Notes: generated by a model from the sequence alone, not told the origin. A DNA stretch of 64,000 bases from Nannocystis bainbridge (GCF_028368995.1 NZ_JAQNDL010000003.1:2016001-2080000), one strand, 5' to 3'. Counted from the stretch's first letter, positions 29,284 to 43,600 are shown. Made by a program: numbers and translations.

Positions 29284-29757
29284 GGCTCCGCAGCGAGCAC
29301 GTGGTCGAAGCTGTCGGCGAGCGGCTCACGGCGAGGCCGCGAGGCGGTGCGCATCTGCGCCAGCCGCCCGTCGCCGCCACGCCGCGCGGTCGTCGTCGGT
29401 CGGACCGCGAGCGCGGCTCGTCGCTACTGGCCCGGACCGGGAGCGCGAGCCGACGCTCCATCCTGAAGCCAAACCCGCGAACCCCCGCTCGTGCCGCATG
29501 AGCGGGACAGCCGACTCCGACGTCCCGTTCGCTCCGGCGCCCCTGGACGTGCAAGGATTCTGCGTGGCCCCCGACGGGCAAGCGACGCCGGGCTTCCGCC
29601 ACGGGAGCACGACGAGCCCTCGGCGCCCCGGGAGCCAGGAGAGCGCGCAAAACGGATGCCCGGGGTAGCCCTGTTCATCGCTCCGTCCGACCTGGTCGTT
29701 TGCGCAGAGGCGCCATCAGGCCATTGCGGCGCCCGATGAGCCCGGTATCATCCGCCG

Positions 29758-30630
29758 ATGATGCCATGCCTGCAGCGGACGAGCGCCTCGCTCCTCGTCC
29801 TCACCCTTTTTTCTGCCAGCCTCCCCGCCCACGCCCAGCCCGCCGAGGCCGTCGCCGCGCCCGCGGAGCAGCCCGGCGATCGCGTCCACCTCGTCAACGG
29901 CGGCATGGTCCAGGGCTCGATCCTCGAGGTCTTACCGAATGACTCGTTGACCATCGTCTCGGCGGCCACCGGCGACCGCAAGACTTTCTCCTGGTCCGAG
30001 GTCGCCGCCTACGAGCAGGGCGGCCAGCGCATCGAAGTCGGCGCCGTCGCGACCCCGGCCCCCGCCGCGCCCGAGCCACCGCCGGCTTACGGCCCGCGCC
30101 TCCATATCGAGACCACCAAGCCCGCCAGCGTCCAGCTCTATGAGATCACCGGCGAGATGATCGCTCACGGCGCCAACGTCACCGTGCACGGCATCCACTA
30201 CCGCTCCGTGTGCTCGGCCCCGTGCGGCGGCGTCATCGACACCAGCCGCGGCAGCTCGTTCTTCTTCGGCGGCGAGGGCCTCACCACCTCCAATCGCTTC
30301 AACCTCGCCGACGCGCGCGGCGACGTCACCGCCCTCGTCAAGCCCGGCCGCAGGGGCCTGCGGATCGGCGGCATCATCACGATGAGCGTCGGCATCAGCC
30401 TCATGGCCCTCGGCGGCTTCCTGGTCTGGTACGCCAAGTCCGAGGCCGAGTTCGATGCGGAGCTCAACGGCGGGCCCGCTCGGTCGCCGAAGTACGGGGC
30501 GCCGATCGGTCTGCTCGTCGGTGGCGCCGCCGCCCTCGCCGGCGGCATCACCATGATGGTCCTCGGCAAGACGCGCTTCCAGCTGAAGACCGGCGGCATC
30601 GGCCTGCTCCGCCCGCTCCGCTTCGGCTGA
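29758..30630 (+). CDS. Hypothetical exported/membrane protein
   Basis: Signal peptide, DRVHLVNGG motif, CSAPC, two C-terminal Gly-rich TMs. Confidence 0.8.
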   Translation: MMPCLQRTSASLLVLTLFSASLPAHAQPAEAVAAPAEQPGDRVHLVNGGMVQGSILEVLPNDSLTIVSAATGDRKTFSWSEVAAYEQGGQRIEVGAVATPAPAAPEPPPAYGPRLHIETTKPASVQLYEITGEMIAHGANVTVHGIHYRSVCSAPCGGVIDTSRGSSFFFGGEGLTTSNRFNLADARGDVTALVKPGRRGLRIGGIITMSVGISLMALGGFLVWYAKSEAEFDAELNGGPARSPKYGAPIGLLVGGAAALAGGITMMVLGKTRFQLKTGGIGLLRPLRFG

Positions 30631-30662
30631 TCTTTCAGGCCAAGCCCATCGCCGCGCTCGAG

Positions 30663-30696
30663 AGATTTGGAGGTCGCGCGAGCGACCTCCAAATCT
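30663..30696. terminator. 15-bp perfect hairpin between convergent genes
   Basis: AGATTTGGAGGTCGC-gcga-GCGACCTCCAAATCT. Confidence 0.6.
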
Positions 30697-30960
30697 TCAA
30701 AAATTCCGCACCTCTCATTCGATCGTTCGCCAATCACAGCACCCTGCGATCGCCCCGTCCCATGCCGGACTCGCAGGATTTGGCGCCGCGAATGGCACGA
30801 CTGCCTGGCCTGGTCGCGAGACCCCATTCGCCTCGCCGGAGCATCGCGCACCCAAATTGTGACGCGAGTGAATGGCCTGGGTGATCGAATCCTCGATCGT
30901 CGGAGTGGAGGGCCATCGTGCACCCTCCCGGACGCTCACATAGGCCCGCGGCGAGCATTA

Positions 30961-31470
30961 TTAAATCTCGCGGCGCATGAAGACCCGCGACGACTCGTCC
31001 AGCCCGCGGGCCTCGTGTTCCACGCGGATCGCCGCCATCCCTGGCGTCAGCGCCTCGACCTCCACGAAGCCCAGGCGGCGGTAATACGGCGCGTTGAACG
31101 GCACGTCCTTGAACGTCGACAGCGTGAGCGCGGCCCAGCCGCGGGAGCGAGCGACCGCAGTCACCGTGTCGAGCAGCGCTGCACCGATCGCTCGGCGCGC
31201 GTGGCTCGGCAACACATCGATCTGCTCGACGTACGCGCAGCCTTCCAGCTCGCGGAACATGACGAACGCTACTGGAATCTCGTCTGCCGCGGCCACCAGC
31301 AGCCCGCCCTCGGCGATTCGCCGCGCCAGCGTGTCCACATCGGTCGGTTCGTCGTCGGCGATCGCCGCCCGGCTCGTGCCGACGAAGCGCGTCGCCGAGA
31401 TCTGCTCGATCTCGCGGACGCGCCCGATCTCCGCGGCGCGTGCAGGGCGAAAGCTCAGGCCGTCCGTCAT
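30961..31470 (-). CDS. GNAT acetyltransferase
   Basis: VEQIDVLPSHARRAIGAALL, TLSTFKDVPFNAPYYRRLGF. Confidence 0.9.
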   Translation of the reverse strand: MTDGLSFRPARAAEIGRVREIEQISATRFVGTSRAAIADDEPTDVDTLARRIAEGGLLVAAADEIPVAFVMFRELEGCAYVEQIDVLPSHARRAIGAALLDTVTAVARSRGWAALTLSTFKDVPFNAPYYRRLGFVEVEALTPGMAAIRVEHEARGLDESSRVFMRREI

Positions 31471-31586
31471 TGCGGCCCCGAGGGTCGCCCTGGTTCGCCG
31501 GGCTCGCAACCCCCGCGAGCGCTCGCTCGCAGTTCCGCGCCCCGACGCATCCTCCCATCGTCGCGTCGCGGCGTATCCTGCGCCTC

Positions 31587-32363
31587 ATGATCGCCGCGAT
31601 CGCCGGGGACATCATCGGCTCGGTGCACGAGCGGGCCGACATCAAGCGCACCGACTTCACGCTCTTCAAGACGAGCAGCAGCTTCACCGACGACACCGTC
31701 ATGACGATGGCCGTCGCCGACTGCCTGCTGCACCGCAAGCCCTACGCCGCCACCTTGCGCGAGTACGGCCGGCGCTACCCCGATCGCGGCTACGGCGGCA
31801 TGTTCCGCGAGTGGCTCGCCGACGACGCCATGGGCCCCTATCAGAGCTTCGGCAACGGCTCGGCCATGCGCGTCAGCCCCGTGGGGTTCGCCATGCGCAA
31901 CCTCGACGACGTCCTGTCCGAGGCGCGCGCCTCCGCCATGCCGACCCACGATCACCCCGAGGGCATCAAGGGCGCCCAGGCCCTCGCCGTCGCCGTGTTC
32001 CTGGCCCGCCACGGCGCCGACAAGGCGAAGATCCGCGCCGACATCGAGGCGCGGTTCGGCTACGACCTGCGCCGCAGCGTCGCCGCCATCCGGCCCCGAT
32101 ATGCCTTCGACGTCACCTGTCAGGGCTCGGTGCCCGAGGCGATCATCGCCTTCCTCGACAGCGACGACGTCGAGTCGGCGATCCGCCTCGCCGTCTCGCT
32201 CGGCGGCGACGCCGACACCCTCGCGTGCATGGCCGGCGCCGTGGCCCAGGCCTTTTATAAAGAGGTCCCGCCGGCCATCGTCGCCGAGGTCGAGCAGCGG
32301 CTGCGGCCCGAGCTGTGGCAGCTGCTGCAAGACTTCTGCAAGCACTATCGCGTCCCGGCGTGA
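31587..32363 (+). CDS. ADP-ribosylglycohydrolase (DraG family)
   Basis: AIAGDIIGS, FTDDT, GNGSAMRVSP, THDHPEG, GGDADT. Confidence 0.93.
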   Translation: MIAAIAGDIIGSVHERADIKRTDFTLFKTSSSFTDDTVMTMAVADCLLHRKPYAATLREYGRRYPDRGYGGMFREWLADDAMGPYQSFGNGSAMRVSPVGFAMRNLDDVLSEARASAMPTHDHPEGIKGAQALAVAVFLARHGADKAKIRADIEARFGYDLRRSVAAIRPRYAFDVTCQGSVPEAIIAFLDSDDVESAIRLAVSLGGDADTLACMAGAVAQAFYKEVPPAIVAEVEQRLRPELWQLLQDFCKHYRVPA

Positions 32364-32719
32364 GCCTGGCGCGCGGGCGGCGAACGTTCGCCGCCAACGG
32401 AGCTCGCGGGCCGGCGCGTCGCGGCCGTTTGGCGGCCCGCAGGACCACGCAACGCCGACACCGCCACCTTGCCATGCACGAGCCGCCTGGCCGCTGAAGC
32501 TCGATCGACCTCGGGCTCTCCCGCCGGCCGTCCCCGGTGCTTCACGCAGGGACACCCGCCCACCGGGCTCGTCGGCGGTCCCGATCGCCGCGCCGCGCCA
32601 GCCGCCCATCGCCGCGGAACATCGGTTTCAGCCCGCTCCTCCGCCCCTCGTCGCCCCCCGCTGCGAAAATCCGTTCGCCGCCGCGGCCTCGTGGAGGCGC
32701 CTGCTACCATCTGCGCCGC

Positions 32720-34828
32720 GTGTCCGGCACCAACCTATACGCCAGTCTGAGCTCGCTGCTCGCCGCCGCGGTGGCCGCAGCCATCGGCATCAGCGTCTAC
32801 TTGCGCGACCGCGAGCGGGTCCAGTTCTCACGCTTCTTCGCCTTCTGTCTCAGCCTGTGTCTCTTCCACCTCGCGCGCTTCTTCGCCGGCTTGCCGAGCT
32901 TGCCGCGCTCGCAGTGGGTCGCCGACACCCTCAGCCTCATGTTGCCGCTGATGGCCGACCGGTTCCTCTCGGGCTTCTTCCCGACGACCAACCCGGCCCC
33001 CGGGCGCAACCCTGTCCAGGGCCCGCTACTCGGCGTCCTGCTGGTGTTTCAGGTCATCGCCCTCGTCTTCCCGCAGCTCGCCGCCGAGCCGTGGTGGGTC
33101 GTCATCGACGTCAGCATCATGATCTACGTCGTCGGCGGCCTGTTCTTCGCCGTCATGCGGATGTGGCGGGCCGCTCGCGCAGCCGAGGGCACCGCCGCCG
33201 GCCCGCGCCTGCGCTACCTGTTCTACGCCGCCCTCATCGCCCTCGCGCTCGGTCAGCCGGCCGTCCCCGTCATCGGCCCGATCATCACCGCCGTCTATTT
33301 GTACTTCATGGCCCAGACGCTGACGCGCGAGCGTCTGCTCGACCTGCCGGAGATCCTCGGGCGGATCGCCAGCATGACGCTGCTCGTCATCACCGTCACC
33401 GCCGTCTACGCCGCGCTGGTGCTATGGGTCCCGTGGACCTTCGCCGGCGAGCCGATGCTGCTCGTCTTCAACACCCTGCTCGCCTCGTTCGCCGTGCTCG
33501 TGCTCATCGACCCGCTGCGCACCGTGCTCGATCGCCGGCTCGAGAGCTGGCTGTTCCACGACCGCACCGTCCTGCGGGCCCTGCTCGACCGCCTGCGTCG
33601 CCGCCTCGTCAACCTCATCGACCCCGACGAGATGGTCCGCGTCGTCATGAACACCTTGCGCGGCTCGGAGCGCGTCACCCGGGCCTCGCTGTTCCTGCTC
33701 GACCGTCAGGGCTCGGCGCTGCGGCTGCGCGGGCACACCGGCGCTCCCACCCCGCCCGCGAAGCTCGACCTCGCGACCCGGCGGCCCTTGCTCGAGCGCA
33801 TGCGCCAGAGCGGGCCGCTGCTGCGCGACGTGCTCGAGCGCCAGCGCGAGCGGGCCAACAACGAGCTCAAGGCCGAGCTCGACGAGTGCCTCGACACCTT
33901 CGCCGAGGTCGGCGCCAGCCTCGCCTTGCCGATCCGCGGCCTCGCCGGCGAGCAGCTCGAGGGCGGCCCGCCGCGGCTGCACCTGCTCGGCGTCCTCTTC
34001 GTCGACGACGAGCGCCTGCTCGAGCCGTTCTCGCGCGAGGAGGTCGAGCTGTTCGAGGGTGTCGTGGCCCAGGCCGCGGTGATGATCGAGAACTCGACCG
34101 TCTACGAGCAGCGCAAGGAGCGCGACCGGCTCGCTGCGCTCGGCGAGATGGCCGCCGGTCTGGCCCACGAGATCCGCAACCCGCTCGGCGCGATCAAGGG
34201 CGCCGTCCAGGTCGTCGAGCCCGGGCTGCAGGACGCCGACCCGACCACGCGCGAGTTCCTCGGCGTCATCGTCGAGGAGGTCGAGCGGCTCAACCGCGTC
34301 GTCACCCAGTTCCTCACCTACTCGCGGCCGTTCACCGGGCAAATGGGCCCGGTCGTGCTCGGCGAGGTCGTCGTCACCACCATGCGCCTGCTCGACGAGG
34401 ACGCCCGCGCGCGCGTCACCTTCACCCAGCCGGCGAACCTGCCGCCGGTGCGCGGCGACGCCGAGGCGCTGCGCCAGGTCCTGCTCAACCTCCTGCGCAA
34501 CGCCTTTGACGCGCTGTCCGGCCAGGATCCGCCGGGGCGGGTGTTCGTGTCGCTCGGCCTGCGCCGGCACGGCCTCGGCAGCGGCGACGCCGTCACCCTC
34601 ACGGTCCGCGACAACGGCCCCGGGTTCGCCCCTGGCGCGCTGGCCAACCTGTTTGTCCCCTTCCACACCACCAAGGCCGCGGGCACCGGCCTGGGGCTGC
34701 CCATCAGCCAGCGGATCGTGGAGAATCACCGCGGGCTCATCGAGGTCAGCGCCCCCGAGGCCGGCGGCGCCCAGTTCACGATCGTCCTGCCCGTCCACGC
34801 CCAGCCGCGCGCCGAGTCGCCGACCTGA
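32720..34828 (+). CDS. Multi-TM GAF sensor histidine kinase (NtrB-type)
   Basis: About 8 TMs, GAF-like region, LGEMAAGLAHEIRNPL, DNGPG, GTGLGL. Confidence 0.92.
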   Translation: MSGTNLYASLSSLLAAAVAAAIGISVYLRDRERVQFSRFFAFCLSLCLFHLARFFAGLPSLPRSQWVADTLSLMLPLMADRFLSGFFPTTNPAPGRNPVQGPLLGVLLVFQVIALVFPQLAAEPWWVVIDVSIMIYVVGGLFFAVMRMWRAARAAEGTAAGPRLRYLFYAALIALALGQPAVPVIGPIITAVYLYFMAQTLTRERLLDLPEILGRIASMTLLVITVTAVYAALVLWVPWTFAGEPMLLVFNTLLASFAVLVLIDPLRTVLDRRLESWLFHDRTVLRALLDRLRRRLVNLIDPDEMVRVVMNTLRGSERVTRASLFLLDRQGSALRLRGHTGAPTPPAKLDLATRRPLLERMRQSGPLLRDVLERQRERANNELKAELDECLDTFAEVGASLALPIRGLAGEQLEGGPPRLHLLGVLFVDDERLLEPFSREEVELFEGVVAQAAVMIENSTVYEQRKERDRLAALGEMAAGLAHEIRNPLGAIKGAVQVVEPGLQDADPTTREFLGVIVEEVERLNRVVTQFLTYSRPFTGQMGPVVLGEVVVTTMRLLDEDARARVTFTQPANLPPVRGDAEALRQVLLNLLRNAFDALSGQDPPGRVFVSLGLRRHGLGSGDAVTLTVRDNGPGFAPGALANLFVPFHTTKAAGTGLGLPISQRIVENHRGLIEVSAPEAGGAQFTIVLPVHAQPRAESPT

Positions 34829-34879
34829 CGCTCGCCGAATTCTGCTCGAGTCTCATCTGCCCCTTCAGACAGGTTCATC

Positions 34880-36388
<1,509 letters not shown>

Positions 36389-36630
36389 CCCCGAAGTCGA
36401 GGCCGCGTGCGCGGCAGATCTCGCCCCACGTCGCCCGCCGCGCCCGAGCCCGCCGCGCGGGCTCCGCGACGGCGAGCGTGGGGCCTCACGGGCGCCGGAC
36501 GGCCGAAAACGGGGTCGAGGGCCTGGCAAAGGGTCCCTTCTTCCGGGTTTTTCGCCGTGGGATCGGTGGCTTGCGGTGCTGCAATCGGGGTCGGGATCGT
36601 GGCTGGCCCGGTCGCTTCGGCCCAGGAATG

Positions 36631-36660
36631 TTGACGCTACAGGCCGCGCGCTGGTAGCGT
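36631..36660 (+). promoter_or_regulatory. Putative sigma70 promoter (TTGACG-18-TAGCGT, TG extension)
   Basis: Located 27 nt before ATG 36688, with SD GAGGT. Confidence 0.5.
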
Positions 36661-36687
36661 GCAGCGACCCCTCTTGAGGTGCTCCCT

Positions 36688-38172
36688 ATGCGGAAACTGT
36701 GCCGCCTCCTGCCCGTCCTGACTCTTCTCGGCGCGGTCGCTCTCGCTGCCCCCACGGCGAATGCTGCCGAGGTCACGCGAGTGGCGAGCTCCTTCGACGG
36801 CGACAACAAGTTCGATTTCCACTTCGGGGTCGGCTACGACTTCAACTTCAAGCAGGCGGCGATCCTCCGCGAGTGGAGCGACCCGAACAACCCGAAGAGC
36901 ACCATGGTGCGCGACCTGCTGTACAGACAGCAGCGGCACGTGGTGACGCCGACGATGGAGATCGGTCTCTACAAGGACCTCGCCATCTACGCGGCCCTGC
37001 CGATCGTCATCAGCGACCAGCGGACCTACGGCTTCGACCAGAAGGCCGAGCCCTGCGTGTACGCCCAGGACGCCACCGGCACCAACCCGGCGACCTGCGT
37101 CCGTCACGACAACAGCACGACGATCCGCGACGGCATCATCCCGCGTGACGGCTTCAACGCCATGAACGCGGCCAGCCCGTTCGGCGCGTTCGGCGGCGCG
37201 GGCACCGAGACGATCTTCAAGGGCGCCAACCGCTACGGCCTCGACCAGCTGATCGTCGGCCTGAAGATCGGCATCCTGAACCAGGACCGGCTGTCGCACA
37301 TGCCGAAGTGGGTCCTCGGTCTCGAGGGTCGGTTCGCCGTCGGCAAGCCGATGACCTTCTCGCGCGACACCGTCGACAGCGACCCGGCGGGCAACCACCG
37401 CGTCGGTCGCGGCACCCACGAGCTCGGCGTGTGGACGGCCCTCTCGCGCCGTTACCGCTTCCTCGACCCGTTCTTCACCGCGTGGTGGTACCAGGCCATC
37501 CGCGCCAACGGCTCCGAGTTCAAGAACTACGGCGCGACGCAGGACCGCATCAACCCGCAGTCCAACGTCGGCGTGTCGTTCGGCACCGAGATCGTGCCGT
37601 TCGAGCGCAAGGCCAAGGGCCAGAAGGTCGCGCTCAACCTGCGCGGCCTGGCGATGCTCAAGTACGGCGGCCGCGGCTACAGCGAGGCGTGGGAGCTGTT
37701 CGCCGACAGCCCGGCGCTCGTCGGCACCTTCCAACCCGGCCAGGCCGGCCTCGAGTGTGATCGCGGCGCGGTCGACAGCGTGGTCCAGTACGCCAAGGAC
37801 AACCCGCAGAACGGCGACGCGCTCGGCGGCTCGGGCGTCACCGGTCGCTCGGGCGGCGGCGGGTGCCAGCGCTTCAACGGCATCACCAACATCCAGGACT
37901 TCGCGACCTTCGGCGTCAACATCGCGCTGCACGCCCAGCTCAGCAAGTACGCGATGCTGATGATCGGCACCACGCTGACCACCGACACCCGCCACCTCAT
38001 CACCGCGGCCAGCCGCGGCAAGGCGGCCCTCGGCGGCGACCCCAACCTCGTCGACCAGCCCAACGAGATCAACCCGGTCCGCCGCGACGTGATCGACCAG
38101 GTCGGCCGCCGCTACGCCGTCGGCGACGTGTTCGGCGCGATGGGCTACTTCCGCTTCCTGCTCACCTTCTGA
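36688..38172 (+). CDS. Putative outer-membrane beta-barrel protein
   Basis: Signal peptide, amphipathic strands, C-terminal YFRFLLTF. Confidence 0.7.
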   Translation: MRKLCRLLPVLTLLGAVALAAPTANAAEVTRVASSFDGDNKFDFHFGVGYDFNFKQAAILREWSDPNNPKSTMVRDLLYRQQRHVVTPTMEIGLYKDLAIYAALPIVISDQRTYGFDQKAEPCVYAQDATGTNPATCVRHDNSTTIRDGIIPRDGFNAMNAASPFGAFGGAGTETIFKGANRYGLDQLIVGLKIGILNQDRLSHMPKWVLGLEGRFAVGKPMTFSRDTVDSDPAGNHRVGRGTHELGVWTALSRRYRFLDPFFTAWWYQAIRANGSEFKNYGATQDRINPQSNVGVSFGTEIVPFERKAKGQKVALNLRGLAMLKYGGRGYSEAWELFADSPALVGTFQPGQAGLECDRGAVDSVVQYAKDNPQNGDALGGSGVTGRSGGGGCQRFNGITNIQDFATFGVNIALHAQLSKYAMLMIGTTLTTDTRHLITAASRGKAALGGDPNLVDQPNEINPVRRDVIDQVGRRYAVGDVFGAMGYFRFLLTF

Positions 38173-38178
38173 GCCGGC

Positions 38179-38225
38179 TGCCCCAGGGGACATGTCCGGA
38201 CGGCCCTGGCCGCCCGGACATGTTT
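38179..38225. repeat. Phased 14-bp module array after stop codon
   Basis: TGCCCCAGGGGACA-TGTCCGGACGGCCC-TGGCCGCCCGGACA-TGT. Confidence 0.8.
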
Positions 38226-38259
38226 GTTTAAGGGGCCGGCCTCGCCGCCCAGGCCGCGA

Positions 38260-38370
38260 TCAGGACGACCCGAAGCACCTGTCCTTCGGGACGCTCGCCG
38301 CGGCCGAGGTCAGGACGACCCGACCCACCTGTCCTTCGGGACGCTCGCCGCTGCCGAGGTCAGGACGATC
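38260..38370. repeat. 50-bp tandem repeat containing TGTCCTTCGGGACG
   Basis: TCAGGACGA at 38260, 38310, 38360; module at 38280 and 38330. Confidence 0.85.
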
Positions 38371-38413
38371 CGGGCGCCCCACCGCACCTGTCTCACCTGG
38401 CCCTTCGGCCAGC

Positions 38414-39270
38414 TCACTCGCTGGCGCGGCGCAGGGCCCCGAGCTGCTCGTAGATCGCCCGCGCCTCGAGCCCGGTGAGCGCCGCGATCTGCTTGGCCTT
38501 CTCGCGCGGCTTCAGCCCCGGGTCGCACACCAGCTGCCACAGCGCCCGCGCGGCGTCCTGCGCCGGGTCGGCGGCCGCCGGCGCCTGCGTGCCCGCGAGC
38601 ACCACCGTCACCTCGCCGCGCAGCGCCTCGTCGACCGTGGCCGCCAGCTCGGTCAGCGAGCCGCGCAGCACTTCTTGGTGCTGCTTCGTCAGCTCGCGGC
38701 CGATCGCCACCCGCCGCAGCTCGGCGTCGGGCAGCGCCGCCGCCAGATCGCGCAGCAGCGCCGGCACCCGGTTGCCCGCCTCGTACAGCAGCACCGTCCC
38801 GCGCTCGTGCGCGATCGACTCCAGCCGCTCCGCCCGCTCCGCCCCGCCGCGCGGCAGGAAGCCGAGGAACCGCACGTCCTCGGCCGGCAGCCCGCTGAGG
38901 CACAGCGCCACCGCGGCGGCCGTCGGCCCCGGCACCACGTCGACCGCGTAGCCGGCCTCGACCGCCGCCTGGACCAGGCGCAGGCCCGGGTCGCTCCACA
39001 CCGGCAGCCCCGCCTCCGACACGTACGCGACCACCTTGCCGCGCGCGAGGTTGTCGAGCAGCAGCGCCACGCGATCGCCCTCGTTGGCGACGAAGCAGCT
39101 GATCCGCGGCGGCAGGGTCGCGCCCTCGCCGAGCAGGCGCAGCGGGCTGCGCGTGTCCTCGCAGAACAGCACGTCGGCGCCGACGATCGCCTCGCGGGCG
39201 CGCGGGCTGAGGTCGCCGCGGTTGCCGAGCGGCGTGCCGACCAGCACCAGCATCCCCGGCGATTCGGCGC

Positions 39271-39274
<4 letters not shown>
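38414..39274 (-). CDS. rsmI: 16S rRNA C1402 2'-O-methyltransferase
   Basis: [48 protein letters not shown]. Confidence 0.93.
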
Positions 39275-40401
<1,127 letters not shown>

Positions 40402-40607
40402 GCCGGGGCGGAGTCTACGCCGCCGCTCGCCATCTTTGACAGGCCGACGGAGGTTCGCCCGTGCGCGACCTCCGGGACGCGACCCGGGGCGGGTGCCCGC
40501 GGTTTCGGCCGCGCTGCTGCGCCGCCACCGCGCGGCCCCGGCCCGCCTACACACGTCCGGCTGCCTCGTGGTGGCCAGTGTGCTTGCCCCCCACTACACT
40601 GGCCAAC

Positions 40608-43600
40608 GTGATCGCTCCGCTTCGTGGTCGACTCGGTCGGGCCTCCACCCCGGCCATCGTCTTCGGCTCCTTCGCCCTCGCACTCGGGCTCACGGCCGTG
40701 CAGGACCGCGAGGCGCTGGCCCAGCGCAGCGAGGCGCGCGCCCCGGCCCGGGCCGCCGCTCAGACCTACGACGCCACCGACCTGCGGATCCTCGACTGGA
40801 CCCTCTGGTACGTCGCCAAGTACTACGTCGAGCCCGAGCGCATCGACCCCCACCGGATGACGATCGCCGGCCTCGAGGGGCTCGAGCAGGCCATCCCGCA
40901 GGTGCTCGTCGAGCCGCTCGGCGGCGGCAAGAAGGCCGCGCGGGTCAAGGTCCGCGTCGGCACCGCCGAGCAGGAGTTCGAGCTCGGCAGCGTCGACGCG
41001 CTGTGGGCCGTCGGCACCCACGTGCGCGACGTGTTCCGCTTCGTCGCCCGCCACACCACCCTCAGCGAGGACGACCGCCGCGACGCCGAGTACGCGATCG
41101 TCGAGGGCGTGCTCGGCACCCTCGACCCGCACACCAACCTGCTGCGGCCCGACGAGTTCGACGTCATGAAGACCAGCACGAAGGGCAGCTTCGGCGGGCT
41201 CGGCATCGAGGTCGGCATGCGCGACGGCATGATCACGGTGATCCGCGTGATCGACGGCAACCCGGCCTCCAAGGCGGGGATCGAGTCGGGCGACCGCATC
41301 GTCCAGATCGACGAGGAGTCGACGGTGACGATGTCGCTCAACGAGGCGGTCGACCACATGCGCGGCGAGCCCGGCACCGCGGTGGCGCTGCACATCCGCC
41401 GCGAGGGCGTCGACAAGCCCAAGCGGTTCCGCATCACCCGCGACGTCATCACGCTCGACAGCGTCACCGGCACCGTGCTGCCGGGCGTCAACAGCGAGGG
41501 TCAGCCGGTCAAGGTCGGCCTGGTCCAGATCCAGCGCAACTTCGCCCAGACCACCGGCAAGGAGCTGCGGGCCAAGCTGGCCGAGTTCGAGAAGGCCGGG
41601 GTCCGCGGCATCGTCCTCGACATGCGCGACAACCCGGGCGGCCTGCTCACCGCCGCGGTCGAGGTCGCCGACGCGTTCCTCAAGTCGGGCGTGATCGTCT
41701 CGACCGTCGGCCCTGGCGCCCCGCGCGAGGACCTCACCGCCGACGACCGCTACGACTTCGCCAACGTGCCGGTGGTGGTGCTGATCGACCAGGGCTCGGC
41801 GAGCGCGACCGAGATCGTCGCCGGCGCCCTGCGCAACCTCGGCCGCGCCGTCCTGCTCGGCCGCCGCACCTTCGGCAAGGGCTCGGTGCAGGTGCTACAC
41901 GACCGCAAGGTGGCCGACAAGGAGCTCGCGCTCAAGCTGACGATCGCCCAGTACCTCACCCCCGGCGACGTCTCGATCCAGTCGGTCGGCGTCAGCCCCG
42001 ACCTCGAGACCCTGCCGGTCGTCGTCACCAAGGACTTCGTCGCCTACCACGGCCGCAAGCGCTTCGACCTCGTGCGCGAGGAGTCGCTGGCCTCGCACCT
42101 CACCTCGACCAAGGCCGACCCGTCGCAGAAGATCACCGCCGGCCCGCTCTACTTCCTCAGCAACGCCATGGTCCCCGACGACGACGGCGGCGACGAGAAG
42201 TCCGAGGCCGCCAAGCAGAAGGAGCGCGACAAGCTGCGCGCGGCCAAGACCGACAAGGCCGGCAACCTGACGGTGGAGGCGCTGCTCGAGGACCCGGAGA
42301 TCCGCATGGCCCGCGACCTGGTGGTGTGGGCGCCGTCGCCGTCGCGCGACGCGATCCTGGCCAAGATCGGCGACTTCGTGGCCAAGGAGACGGCGGTCGA
42401 GGAGAAGCGGCTGACCGAGGCGTTCGCCAAGCGCGGGATCGACTGGAGCCCCGGCACGGCGCCCGAGGCCGGCAAGGGCGCGGTGCTGCGCATGTCCGTC
42501 AAGATCGACAAGAAGGACAACACGGTCCTCGCCGGCGAGACGGGCGTCGTCACCGTGACCGTCACCAACGAGGGCACGGCCCCGGCCTACCAGGTCCGCG
42601 CCTTCTCCGACTCCGACTACTCGTACTTCGACGAGCGCGAGCTGCTGCTCGGCCGCATCGACCCCGGGCAGACGCGCACCGCGACCGCCAAGGTCAACGT
42701 CAACGAGCACGAGCTGTCGCGCACCGATCGCATGGAGCTGCAGCTGTTCGACCGCCACGGCTCGACGGTGTCGCCGAGCTCGCAGCGCTTCATCGACATC
42801 AGCAGCGCCGGCATCCCGCGCCCCGACTTCTCGCTGGCCTATCAGCTGCTCGACGACCCCAAGGCCGGCGCCAACATCCACGGCAACGGCGACGGCGCGC
42901 TGCAGGTCGGCGAGCGCGTGCGCCTGCGCGTGCACGTGCGCAACACCGGCGAGGGCCAGGCGCTCGACGCCTGGGTCAACCTCAAGAACATGAACGGCGA
43001 CGCGGTGTTCCTCCACACCGGCCGCGAGCAGCTCAAGGCGCTGCCGACCGGCGACGGCCGCGTGGTCGAGTTCGACTTCGAGGTCAAGAAGGCGCCGACC
43101 GAGGGCGAGGTCAAGCTGCAGCTGTCGGCCCACGACGCGAAGATCGGCGTGGCGCTGGCGCAGAAGCTGCACTTCCCGCTGGCCCAGAGCACGGTGACGG
43201 TGGCGCCGGCGACCGGGACGGCGGCGTGCGAGAAGGCGTGCGAGCTGGTCCAGAGCCCGCTGGCCGCCGACAAGGTGGTGGCCCGCGCCGAGGCCGGCTC
43301 GGGCCTCAAGGTCACCGGCCGCGCCGACGGCTGGCTGCGCGTCGACCTCGACGGCAAGCGCTCCGCGTTCGTCAAGGATGCCCAGGCCAAGCTCGGCGAG
43401 CGCGGCAGCAAGCCGAAGATCACCGACGTGTTCGCCATCAGCCCGCCGCGCATCGCCCTGGCCCAGAGCCCGAGCCAGACGGCCGACCCGCGCATGAAGG
43501 TCAGCGGCACGATCACCGACAGTGAGGCGGTCCGCGACGTCTTCATCACGGTGGTCAACCCGTCGCGCGACCTGTTCGGCAAGGCGGAGAAGGTGTTCTA

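Noticed and set aside
8401-32363. NUDIX plus ADP-ribosylglycohydrolase as an ADP-ribosylation system
   Set aside because: They are 23 kb apart, with no ADP-ribosyltransferase or shared context.
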